Source: Octopus vulgaris
Taxonomy: Eukaryota
Length of the DNA: 64,000 nt
Direction of reading: 5' to 3'
Assembly (NCBI GenBank): GCA_951406725.2
Contig: OX597830.1
Coordinates: forward strand, 67,952,001-68,016,000
In this document: piece after piece, positions 1-11,082 of the stretch
How the letters are laid out: each line of letters begins with the position of its first letter
Numbering within the stretch: position 1 is the stretch's first letter
The notes under the pieces: model-generated
What the model saw: only the letters and a program-made list of their open reading frames with translations
Databases searched by the model: none
What the model was told of the DNA's origin: nothing
Program-made: the position numbers and the translations under genes

Positions 1-99
1 ACTGAGAAGGTTATAATTCAGTTGATTAGGTATAGAATTAGACTAGATGTGATGCAGTTTTGTTTTGTACCTGCCGCAGTTACCATGTTCCAAGTGAAA

Positions 100-1075
100 C
101 AGCTGCAGGAATCGTATTTGGCCAAAATTAACTTTCATTGACCTGGAGAAAGCTTTCGACAGATACCCCACTCTGTTATCTGCTGGTGTCTAAGGAAATT
201 AGGAATTGATCAGTGACTCGTTAAAGATGCACAAGCCATGTAAGTGATGCAGTCAGTAAGGTGAAGTCGGCCATGAATACAGTGAGGAACTTAGCATACA
301 AGTAGGGGTTCACCAATGCCCAGTTCTCAGCCCACACTTTTTCATTATAGTCCTCCAGACCATAACTGAGGAATTCAAAGCTGGATGCTAAAGAAAACTA
401 ATATACGCTGATGATCTTGGTCTTCTGGCTGAATCAATAGTAGAACTAGAGAAGACATTTCAGGTACAGAAGAAAAACCTAGAATCAAAGACCTTAAAGT
501 TAACCTAGTAAAGAGCAAAGTTGATGTTAACAAGAAAGCAGATAAGACTCTATTTCCATCATTTAAATTGGTCCCTTTGTAGGAAAGGAGTGGCAAGTAA
601 TACTATTCATTGCATCCAGTGTAAGCCAGGGACAAATAAGAGGCGTAGTGGAATCAGAGGTAGATTAACAAATAAAGTCTTCGTATATGACATGTGCAGG
701 AACAATAATCTCTAAAAGCACAGGGGACTTGGATTCTCTCAAATGCGCAGGAGGCTCTCTTGTGGTTGTAGATATTTTCTGTTACCTAGGTGACCAAATT
801 AGAAATGCTCTGAAAATATTGTTTTCAAAATAAGAATAGGATGGAGGAAGTTCAGAGAACTATTACTTCTGTTGGCAAGAAAAGGACTCTCTCTTTCTCA
901 GAGTTAAAATAGATTAAATGATGCTTGTGTGCGAATGGCTATACTCCATGGTAGCGAGACATGGGCTATGAATGGCTATGAATATAGACAACATGCGTAG
1001 ACTGGGGAAAAGTGCAATATCAGTGTGCATATATGACAAAGTGCAAACGTATTGAGAGAAAAGTTGGGCATAAGA
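100..1075 (+). mobile_element. Degraded RTE-clade LINE fragment (RT region)
   Basis: Decayed FIDLEKAFDR, GVHQ and YADD-like segments collinear with the younger copy at 16915-19537; many stops. Confidence 0.75.
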
Positions 1076-1369
1076 TGAAGCAAATGCAGCATGCAATTTC
1101 ATGCCTTGCACCTAGAGTAGAAACGAACATTAGCCATATGGATTCTGTGGATCTAGTTGAATTGCAAAGTATCTATGAAACTGCCAAGTTTGATTCTTAT
1201 CCTAAATGGCTGAGCCCTCATTGGACATAATTTTACAGAAACACTAAATATACATGGATATGATTTGATATATTTATTTAATAACCTATTTTATATTGGT
1301 ACAGTTGTAAATGTATATGTGTGAGGGAGTTTGTGAATAGATCTGTTTTTTAAGGTTTGATTCCTTATC

Positions 1370-2917
1370 AAGACTCGGGGTACACACGCTCTGCAAGTAT
1401 TTGCAACCTCTTCAGGTGGTCCTGAAGAGGTTGCAAATACTTGCAGTGCGTGTGTACCCCAAGTCTCAGTCTGGCTTTAGGGCAGAGAGGTCTACAATCG
1501 ACATGATCTTCTCACTCAGGCAGCTTCAAGAAAAGAGTCGAGAACAGAGACAGCCCCTATACGTGGCCTTCATCGACCTGGCTAAGGCGTTCGACTCAGT
1601 CAGCAGGGAGGGGCTGTTTGCGCTCCTGGGTAGGATAGGTTGCCCTCCCAGACTGCTGAAACTCATCACCTCCTTTCACGACGGTATGCAGTTTGACGGA
1701 TCGCCCTCGGAGTCGTTCCCCATCCAGAGTGGAGTGAAACAGGGTTGCGTTCTGGCGCCGACGCTCTTCGGAATTTTCTTCTCCCTTGTCCTGTCCTATG
1801 CCTTCAGAACGTCCGACGACGGAGTGTTCCTCCACACCAGGGCTGATGGTGGATTGTTCAATCTTGCGCGCCTCAGAGCTAAGACCAAAGTCCGTCAGGT
1901 GCTGATCAGAGAGATCCTCTTTGCTGACGATGCCGCCCTAACATCACACAACCAGCCGGGTCTCCAGAGGCTGGTCAGCTCCCTGGCGGATGCCTGCCAA
2001 GAGTTCGGCCTTACCATCAGCCTGAAAAAGACAGAGATCATGGGCCAGGACGTCGGAGGGGTCCCCAGCATCAGTGTCGGCGACCACAGCTTGCAGGTGG
2101 TGAACGAGTTCACTTACCTGGGATCGACGGTCTCCAGCAGCCTGTCCCTCGAGCCGGAGCTGAACAGACGGATTGGAAAGGGTGCTGCTGCCATGGCTAA
2201 GCTCTCCAGGAGAGTGTGGGAAAACAACATGTTCACAATAACCACCAAGATCGCAGTGTACCGAGCCTGCGTGCTGAGCACCCTACTCTACGGCAGCGAG
2301 AGCTGGACAACATACACCCGGCAAGAATGCCGCCTCAGCGGCTTCCACATGCGGTGTCTTCGACGGATCCTTGGCATCTCCTGGAAGGACCGAGTACCAA
2401 ACGGAGTCATCCTAGAACAGACTAATATGCCAAGCATGCATGCCCTCCTCGTGCGGAGACGACTGCGCTGGCTCGGACACGTCTGCCGCATGCAGGACGG
2501 TCGCATGCCTAAAGACATCCTGTACAGCGAACTCACCACGGGATCCCGACCCAAGGGACGTCCACAGCTACGATACAGGGATGTGTGCAAGCGCGACCTG
2601 AGGACTGCCAACATCTGTGTGGACACGTGGGAGGAAACAGCTGCTGACCGCTCTGCCTGGCGTCGGACGGTGAGGAAAGGCGTTTCCATGGCTGAGGAAA
2701 GGAGAGCACAGCTGTGGTCGGACAGGCGGGACAGGAGTAGGACAACTGCAGCAACACCCCACACGTACCCATCGATGTTCGTGTGCAGCAACTGTACCAA
2801 GGACTGCCACTCTAGAATTGGACTGTTCAGTCACAGCGGACGCTGCTCATCATCAAAGTAGGCCCCACCCTTGGCACGACCCATTGTCTACCAAGACAGA
2901 CGAGGAAAGAGAGAGGG
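1370..2917 (+). mobile_element. 5'-truncated RTE/BovB-like LINE, GC-rich, open RT ORF 1401-2861
   Basis: ORF has QSGFR, FIDLAKAFDSV, GVKQGCVLAP and LFADD motifs plus a C-terminal CxxC...H...C zinc finger. Purine-rich tail. 11-bp TSD GATTCCTTATC at 1359-1369 and 2918-2928. Confidence 0.93.
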
Positions 2918-3690
2918 GATTCCTTATCTTTGTCACTTGCCTCTGTCACATAGCGTTTTCTCCACCTTTTCTGCCACTCTTAGGAATTTTCATTACATTT
3001 CTACTTGTCTTTCTTTGAGAAATTACCTCTTTCTAAATTCTTACCTTTATTCTTTGCTTACCTCTCACCCTTCATCTCTGACTGAATCAATTTCTCTTGG
3101 TATAACTTTTCAAATGCCATATAATTCCTTAAAATTTAGTTCCTTTTACATTTCCTTTATTCCATTTCATACAAAAACAATTTTTCTTCTATTTTTTGCC
3201 GATTTTGCAGATCACTTGATATATTTTGGCGAAAAATTGTAAGTCTTTTTAAATTCCTTTATTTTATTTTCTCTTGATCTGTTTGCATGAATTGTGATGA
3301 CTACTTTGTTGAGAATTTCATCAATGAATTTATATAAAACGAATGTTGTATATCTTGTTTATGAATATTTTTATATATTTTATATATACACATTGGTACA
3401 AGTTATTATTTTTTTATTCTGATACACCAAACTATTATTCTTCAGACTAGAAGAGCCATCTATTATTTTTTCAATTAGTAGAACTGTCTTATTGGTAGAT
3501 CTACGTATATGTGTTATATATTTTATATATTTACAGTAGGCTTCTATTTATTATAACATTATGGCCAGTGTAGTAGTTTTCCTTTTAGTATGGTTGGATA
3601 CTGCTTTTAGTATTTGCAGCTACTATATCACATATTAGTAGAGCCATAAATATATATATATATATATGTATTATCATTATTATAATTATA

Positions 3691-3740
<50 letters not shown>

Positions 3741-3984
3741 TTTTGAGATCAGTTATTTTATGTCACTTTGAAAAGTATATCTATCAAACAAGTGACTAGT
3801 GTCGCCATCTCTAGCCGAACAGTTAATTCTATGTTGATGAAGGGAAATAAACCTGAAAGCATTGATACACAGATATTGCTTTGAGCTGAGTGAGGACATT
3901 AAGCTCCCTTATTTGAAAGGGAATAGTGCGTCGTTAGCCAGCTGGAGACCATGTTTCCTGTGGCTAAATAACAGTAACATTCGT

Positions 3985-5765
3985 CACCATCATAATTTAA
4001 TGTCCATTGTCCATGATGGCGTGAGTTGAACGGTTTTATCAGTGCTGGCAAGCTGGAGAGCTGCATCAGATTCCAGTCTGATTTGGCATGTTTTCTACAG
4101 CTGGATGTCCTTCCTAACACCAACCACTTTACAGAGTGTGATGGGTGCTTTTACGTGGAACTGCACAAGCATGTTTACCTGGCATCAGCACAGGACTCTT
4201 GCAGAACACTCGTCTCTTTCGGGGGAAGAGACTTCATCACTTCTGATGAGGGGTGGGGTCTTCCTAAGTACAATAAGGTGTCAGGCATCTAGGTCCTTTG
4301 TTATCTCGTCTGAAAACTTAAACTTCCTGAGGTCATTCTTCAGTACTTCGTCCCATGTGTACCTGGTCCTCCCACTTCCACGTGTTCCATCAATTATAAG
4401 AGATCGGCACTTCTTTATGGAGCTGTCAGTATCCATTTGCATCATATGACCAAACCAGCACACTCTTTGTCTTGTGTACTCCATCTAATTCTTCTTATGC
4501 CTAACTTCTCTCTCAAAACACTAGGACTCTGATGAACATGTACACTTATATTTTACATCCAGTGGGGCATACTTGCCTCATTCCTCTCAAACCTTCACAT
4601 GTCCTTTGCAGTTAAGACCCACATCTCACTATCATGTATTTACTCTCCATGTACACGCATCATACAGTCTACCTTTTACTCGGAGAGAGAAACCTTTCCT
4701 AGCCAACTGAGGTAAAATCTCACTGAATGTCCTCCATCCTATTCATATTTTAACCATCACACACTTTGTGCATCCCCTCACAACTAATTTGATCTGATAG
4801 GCATCAGAAATTACTACTTCTAACGGGCCTCCACAGCATTTGGAAGAATCAATTTCCTGAGTCTCAGTAATTTTTATGGATCCTGTACATCTATATACAA
4901 ACACGTCTGCCTCCAATAAACTTCCTATTAATCTACTGCACCTCATGTGTGGTCCATTGCTTACACTGAGTGCAGCATATGAATTTCTTGCCTACACTTT
5001 TCCTACAAATCGAGCAGGGCCACCTACCTGAAGTGTGTAGCGTCCTGACTGTTTTCTCGCTTACTAAGATCTTAGTCTTTGCTAAGATTACTGTAAATCC
5101 TTTAGTTTTCAGGTTTTGCTACCACACTTGTAATTTCTCTTCCAGCTCTGATATGGAATCTGCTATAAAGGCAAGATCACCAGCATATAGCAACTCCCAG
5201 GGGTGGTCGGCTTAGAATTCTTTTGTTATGGCATGGAGGACAATGATGCAAAGGAGGAGACTGAGGAACGAGCCTTGATGAACACCAACCTTTACACCAA
5301 TTCTTCACTGTACTCGTGGTTAACTCTCACCTTACTAATAGCATCGCTGTACTTAGCCTGTGCAGCGTTTCCAAGCCACTCATCTATCACTCAATTCCTC
5401 AGAACCCACCATATTACACAGCAGAGTATTCTATCGAAGACTCTGTCTAAATCAACGAATGCCAAATGTATTAGTTTATTCTTAGCTAAGTACTTCTCCT
5501 GCAGTTTGCCTGACTAAGAAAATAACATCGGTAGTGCTTCTTCCCCGGAAGAAACCAAACAGCATTTAGTCTAGGCTAATTCAGCTCCTAATTAATAGAG
5601 CTATAATTCTCTTCGTAATTTTCCACGCCTGGTCTAGGAGTGTGATGACTCTATAATTGCTTCTATCAAAAGCATAACCCTTACCCTTGTAGCAGCTAAC
5701 AATAAAGCTGCTATGCCAGTCACTGAGCATTACACCCTCCTGAATGACCTGACTAAATATGCGGG
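3985..5765 (-). mobile_element. Degraded RTE-clade LINE with 3' UTR
   Basis: Minus-strand remnants CYKGKG...NYR, LLYAGDL and GTRGSGR-x-R-x-TW. The 3' UTR matches 19370-19537. Confidence 0.8.
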
Positions 5766-6104
5766 TGCTCATAAGCAGTCTAGCAGAGGATCCCCTTCAT
5801 CGTACCTCTTGGGTACAACATACATTTACATGTCTCCACTCAAGCATGTACTGAGAAGAGCATTATCGCTGTGAAAACATCAATTCATGAATTTATTTAT
5901 TTATTAATTTTTAAATACATATTCTACCTGTGAATTTGCATGTGTAATCTGGGAATGCATACAATGAGCTTCTCTGCCCTAGGTGTGCGGAAAACACTTG
6001 GCGAAAAACGGAAGAAAATTTGAAGAAAGAAGGAAAAACTGATAATAATAAAATGACAACAAATAAATGAGACCCCAATATTAGGTAAATAGAGGAATTT
6101 ATAT

Positions 6105-6312
6105 ATGTATAGTTTAGGACAATCAGTAAATTGTCATAATAGGACTCAGAATGCCGGAGCTAAGCTATTAGAATAACTTTCCATATATTCAAACGTTTTT
6201 TTAATGCGTCGGTTGTCATCATAGCTGATGAGAATGCATCGTAGCTCTTAGCTCTGGCATTTGAAACTCTGAGTCCTATTATGACAACTTACTGATTGTC
6301 CTAAACTATACA
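6105..6312. repeat. Inverted repeat (fold-back) element containing the hammerhead
   Basis: tatagtttaggacaatcagtaaattgtcataataggactcaga (about 6108-6150) is reverse-complementary to about 6268-6310 with 1 mismatch. Confidence 0.85.
6212..6288 (+). ncRNA. Type I hammerhead ribozyme candidate with intact core (Penelope-type)
   Basis: Stem I guugucaucauag/cuauuaugacaac; CUGAUGA at 6225-6231; stem II gaaugc/gcauuu; GAAAC at 6263-6267; stem III acuc-u-gagu; GUC cleavage triplet ending at 6275. Confidence 0.7.
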
Positions 6313-6344
6313 TACATACATACATACATATGCTTTTATATATA

Positions 6345-6582
6345 TGACACGTAAAAAGCACCAACCGATCGTGGCCGTTGCCAGCCTCCCCTGGCACCTG
6401 TGCCGGTGGCACATAAAAAGCACCCACTACACTCACAGAGTGGTTGGTGTTAGGAAGGGCATCCAGCTGTAGAAACACTGCCAGATCAGACTGGAGCCCG
6501 GTGCAGCCTCCTGGCTTCCCAGACCCCGGTCGAAGCGTCCAACCCATGCCAGCATGGAAAACGGACGGTAAACGATGATGAT
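6345..6582 (+). mobile_element. Short 3'-end copy of the RTE family / derived SINE
   Basis: Matches the 3' UTR at 19300-19537 (gtggttggtgttaggaagggcatccagctgtagaaac...aaacgatgatgat). Further copies near 23110-23335 and 51335-51550. Confidence 0.8.
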
Positions 6583-6879
6583 AATATATACATATATACA
6601 AGGGCAAACAATTCGTGAGAAGAAAAATGTAATTCTCGAAAATTAATTTGCTTAGACATTATTAATTTTAGACATTATTAATTATTAATTATCATCTGGA
6701 ATGACTATTATAAAAAGGATAATAACAGAATCAATAATATAGGCGACTGCAAGCCCTGAAAAAGCAATAAATAGCTGAAGGATTATAATTAGAATTAAGT
6801 TATCATCAGTGTTAATTTTTGACAATTTAAATAAGAGTTTTGACTGTTATTTCCAGCAGACAGACATACATATATATTC

Positions 6880-7223
6880 TTTTATTTCTTTTATTCTTTT
6901 ACTTGTTTCAGTCATTTGACTGTGGTCATGCTGGAGCACCACCTTTAGTCGAGCAAATCAACCGCAGGACTTATTTTTTGTAAGCCTAGTACTTATTCTA
7001 TCGGTCGCTTTTTACCGAACCGCTAAGTTATGGAGACATAAACACACAAGCATCGGATGTCAAGCGATGTTGTGGGGGACAAACACAGACATACAAGCAC
7101 ACACACTCACATATATATAAGATGGGCTTCTTTCAGTTTCTGTCTACCAAATCCACTCACAAGGCTTTGGTCGGCCTGAGGCTATAGTAGAAGACACTTG
7201 CCCAAGGTGCCACGCTGTGGGAC

Positions 7224-7224
<1 letters not shown>
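6880..7224 (-). mobile_element. tRNA-derived SINE, 5'-truncated
   Basis: Reverse complement of the full copy at 50342-50727. Confidence 0.85.
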
Positions 7225-7320
<96 letters not shown>

Positions 7321-8835
7321 GCTGAAATTTATAGAAAAATAAAGACGATGACAGGTGTATGAAAAACAAGCAAGTGTATTAATTTGAAGAACGGGAAAAA
7401 TAAAAAGTCTTTAACGTTTCAAGCCTACGCTCTTCAACAGAAGAGAATAAGAGAAATTAAACAGAGAGAGAATGAAAAGAGCTTGTAGAATTCAGCAAAT
7501 CAACATGGACCAGGTGTATATCCTCGGTGTATCAACAAAATTGTCCAAACTTTGGTTTCAAACATTTGATTCATAGAAATGACATTTTCATAAATAATTA
7601 ACCATAGCTCAGTATTCAAACCTCATAGATGATTCGAGTAAAGATCGAATAGAAACTTCAAGATTTATTTTGAGGTGCCAAAGATATGCCTAGCTGAACT
7701 CCTACCTGTTCGGCATCAAGATTTGCTCCTCTTTTGGCGATGATTTCCTCAACACTCTACCGAACTGCACTGTAAGCTCTCTTAATGAATTCCTTATCAA
7801 TGCTCTCCTCCCATGGATGTTTTTGCAGGTGTGCAAGTTACTGTGAATCTTCACACAAACATTTTCTTATCAGTTCATCCCAGATTCTGACGTCTAGATG
7901 GTTCAAATCCTCAAACCTGTTCTCAAGCTCATCCCTGAGGAACTTTCCAGCCACTGTACTTGATAGACAATGACATGTAAACTTGAAATCCTTAGCGAAA
8001 TTGTTGGGGTATCCCTCTTGATTTGTCTCAGGATATTAAGAAAGAATCCAGGTTTTTACATCTTTCAAAATCTTAACATAACAAACTCCTGTCAGTTTTC
8101 TCAAACATAATCAGTTGCATTTTCATGCCATCAGAGGCCACATGGGCGAAAAGCATCATCTTAGTAGCGTTTTGCACCAAAAAATGACACTTTTGGCTCT
8201 CTCTCCTGAGGAGCTGAAGCCAAAACGTGGTTGTTGCATGTTTGTATGCTTATCTTGGGTGAAAATCTCATTTGAGCAAAGCTCAATCTAGGGTTGTGTT
8301 TCCCGTTGTTCAACATGATCTTCACTCTCTCCAACCTTCTAACCTTTTGTCCCGGAGTAACAAGGTACCTCACAGGTCTCAGTACTACTTCCTTTTCAAG
8401 TCTTTTATTACCATTCTTGGAAATTTCGTACCCGAAAATCCACTCTTATGTGCCAAATGTCTTATGGATTGAGATGGATCTCTTCTGACCGATCTCTTCA
8501 GGTCCAGATTAAAATGATGATCGCTTTTGTAGTTATGATATCCTGATCCAGCTCCCTTCCTTCTCTATACCCACATTTTCAAACTTATTCACAATTCTTT
8601 TGTTGGTTTTTAAAAGGATTTTGAAGATGGAAGCCAGAGAATGAATATTGGTACCATTACTGAAGGCCTAGATGATCTTAGTCCTCTCAACATTTCTCAT
8701 TTTGGAAGAGATACTGAGGCTGGCACAAAACTATTGCAGCCTGTACTCTTTCTGTGCAAAATATCTCAAGGAGTAATTGACTGATTCTTACAGAAACTGG
8801 TGTCAGTATGACCAGTCGTTTCATCTGGAAATCCT
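7321..8835 (-). mobile_element. Probable Penelope-like element remnant with decayed hammerhead (7405-7446)
   Basis: Minus strand reads CUGUUGA-A-GAGC-guag-GCUU-GAAACGUUA, a minimal hammerhead layout with an A6U change. The adjacent sequence looks like decayed coding DNA, flanked by (TA)n. No RT motif was confirmed. Confidence 0.4.
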
Positions 8836-9325
8836 TATATATATATATATCAAATAAACTAGCTAGTTAAGACAATCTCTATCAGAGATAAAGCGGTATT
8901 TATACTGGGAGCTTACCGCCACCTAAATACGGGTCTTCTCTTGGAACCGACGATACTGCTAGTTTAGCTCCAGCTTGTTATTCAATGCACTCTGCACTTG
9001 ATATATATTACAAGAGTGGAGATAGCTTCCTCATATTTTAGCCCCGAGATTACTAGGCCGTATGGTTTGGATCTCCTTATGGTCATCCATGGTGGTGGAT
9101 ACTCATCTGCGAGACATAGCAGTAGTTCTCTCCTTCTCACAATATATAGAAAATTTACTGCTCTGTGTAAAATCTGCTTTCATTTCTTATATGCGTTTTC
9201 TTAACTTGCTAGTATGCTTGCTGCAAAATCAGACACTGCATGTCACACCTTTTAAACATCCCTGTTTCAGATAGTGATAAACATTACATAAACATTACTT
9301 CTCCCTCTCTCTCTCTTTCTTTTTT

Positions 9326-9358
<33 letters not shown>

Positions 9359-11082
9359 TTGTCACTCTGTATATATCTACACACACACACATATATAATT
9401 GAAGAAATTGAAGTCATGAAAAGGGAGTACTGTTGGACATTTGTTTGTTATTCACTACATAGTTCTCCAAGGATACAAGTATTTAATTATGCAACTGTTT
9501 GCTTGCATAAAGAGATCTAGTTGTGTTTCCTCAGGCGGTATACAAGTATTATCTCTGTTAGTTTAAAATCTTCCACTTCAAGGCCATTCTTTCTGTTTGT
9601 AGTAGTTTGAATTTGGTTGTGGCTGAGAACCTCATGGTGTGAACTCTGATAGCATGTTTGTCCGACTACAATTGAGGGTAGTGTGTGACACAGGCTAAAC
9701 CTTCAGTGGTATTGACTTCTGTTTGGCTGTATTTCCCATTTGTTCTGCATGGTTGGCTGCACATGTGAATTTCCCACTATGACCTTTAGTAGTTATTGGT
9801 CAGATACATACACACATACACATAGAGAGAATCACATATACATTCACACACACAAATCTACTTATATATTCCCATATATAAACTCACTGAGTAGATGATG
9901 AAGGGCTGAGACTTCTCACGATTTGCTAGGCTTGAAAAAAACATGTCAAGCAAAGTAAAATTGTGGTCATCCATACATACAGGCATGTCCTCTACGACCA
10001 TGACTGTCCCTTCACATTCTTATGCCACATATACTCTATCCCCTCTGTGCTACTTATACACTTCCCTGCCACTGTTCCATATAGGTAACCCTCTCTCTCT
10101 CTCACACACACACATACACACACACTATTTTTCTCTCTCTCTATTTCTCACACTCACACACTTACTATCTTTCTCCCCCTCTCTCTCTCTCTCTCTCTCT
10201 CTCATCTCACTACCCTTTCTTGTCATATTGGGTTACCAAGTATGTCCTCTGTGGTAAGACTGCTATCCCTGTCCTTCTATCATAATCCAACTTCTCTCTC
10301 TCTAAGCTGAGATATTATTGTTTTGCAAATTATTTGGAAACCCCATAGATGCTGGTGCTACATAAAAATCATTCATGCTAGCTCTACCTCAAAATCATTA
10401 ATGTCTGCATCACATAACAGGCACCCATGCCAGTGTCACATAAAAATGCATCTGTACCAGCCCCATGTAAGGGAGCATCGATGCTACCACCATGTAAAAA
10501 AGCCACGTATTTTGGTCTCTTTATTATAGGATTAAAAATACATATTAAGAGTCAAAAAAGATGTTTGATATGTTCCCTCCAAAAATTATCATTTAAAGAA
10601 CTTGAAGGTCTCTAATGACCATGTAAATTCCAGGAACAAGGTTTCTTCTTTACATCTGCATTTCAAAAAATGCATCTTAGCAGAAATTAAAGATAGACCA
10701 TTGGACACATCATAAACCATTCCAATTTGATCTGTGTAATTGTTATATGAATAATGTTTGTTGTAACATTGGTTATCTCCCCTGTGCTTTCCTCTCTGCA
10801 TTCTTTCTTTCTGCCTTTTTCTAAATGAGCGTTCGTATTCAGTTGTCAACTGCTTTGAATGCAACTGAATAAGTGTCTTGTTATTACCAGCTTGAAAAAT
10901 GGTGAAATAAATTAATATTTCAACCAGGAAACCCTGATTAGTTTTATTCCATAAGAGTTGGGGTTTTATTATACAAATAATTTCTTTACTTTCTTAGCTG
11001 ATTGAGTGCTATATGAATTGTTGAAGCCTTACCATAATATACATATATATATATATATGCACGTGCACACACACACAAACAT

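Noticed and set aside
1012-1230. Possible upstream TRPM exon (…VETNISHMDSVDLVELQSIYETAK…)
   Set aside because: No recognisable TRPM motif, no convincing splice-site pair, and it ends in a stop next to LINE debris.
2288-2834. Antisense ORFs over LINE and hAT coding regions (also 11840-12436, 17531-17950, 31310-32431)
   Set aside because: Shadow ORFs of the sense-strand TE frames, with no independent motifs.
9890-9950. Hammerhead relic (gatgatgaagggc…gcttgaaaaaaacatgtc)
   Set aside because: Core and stems are too degraded to support a call.
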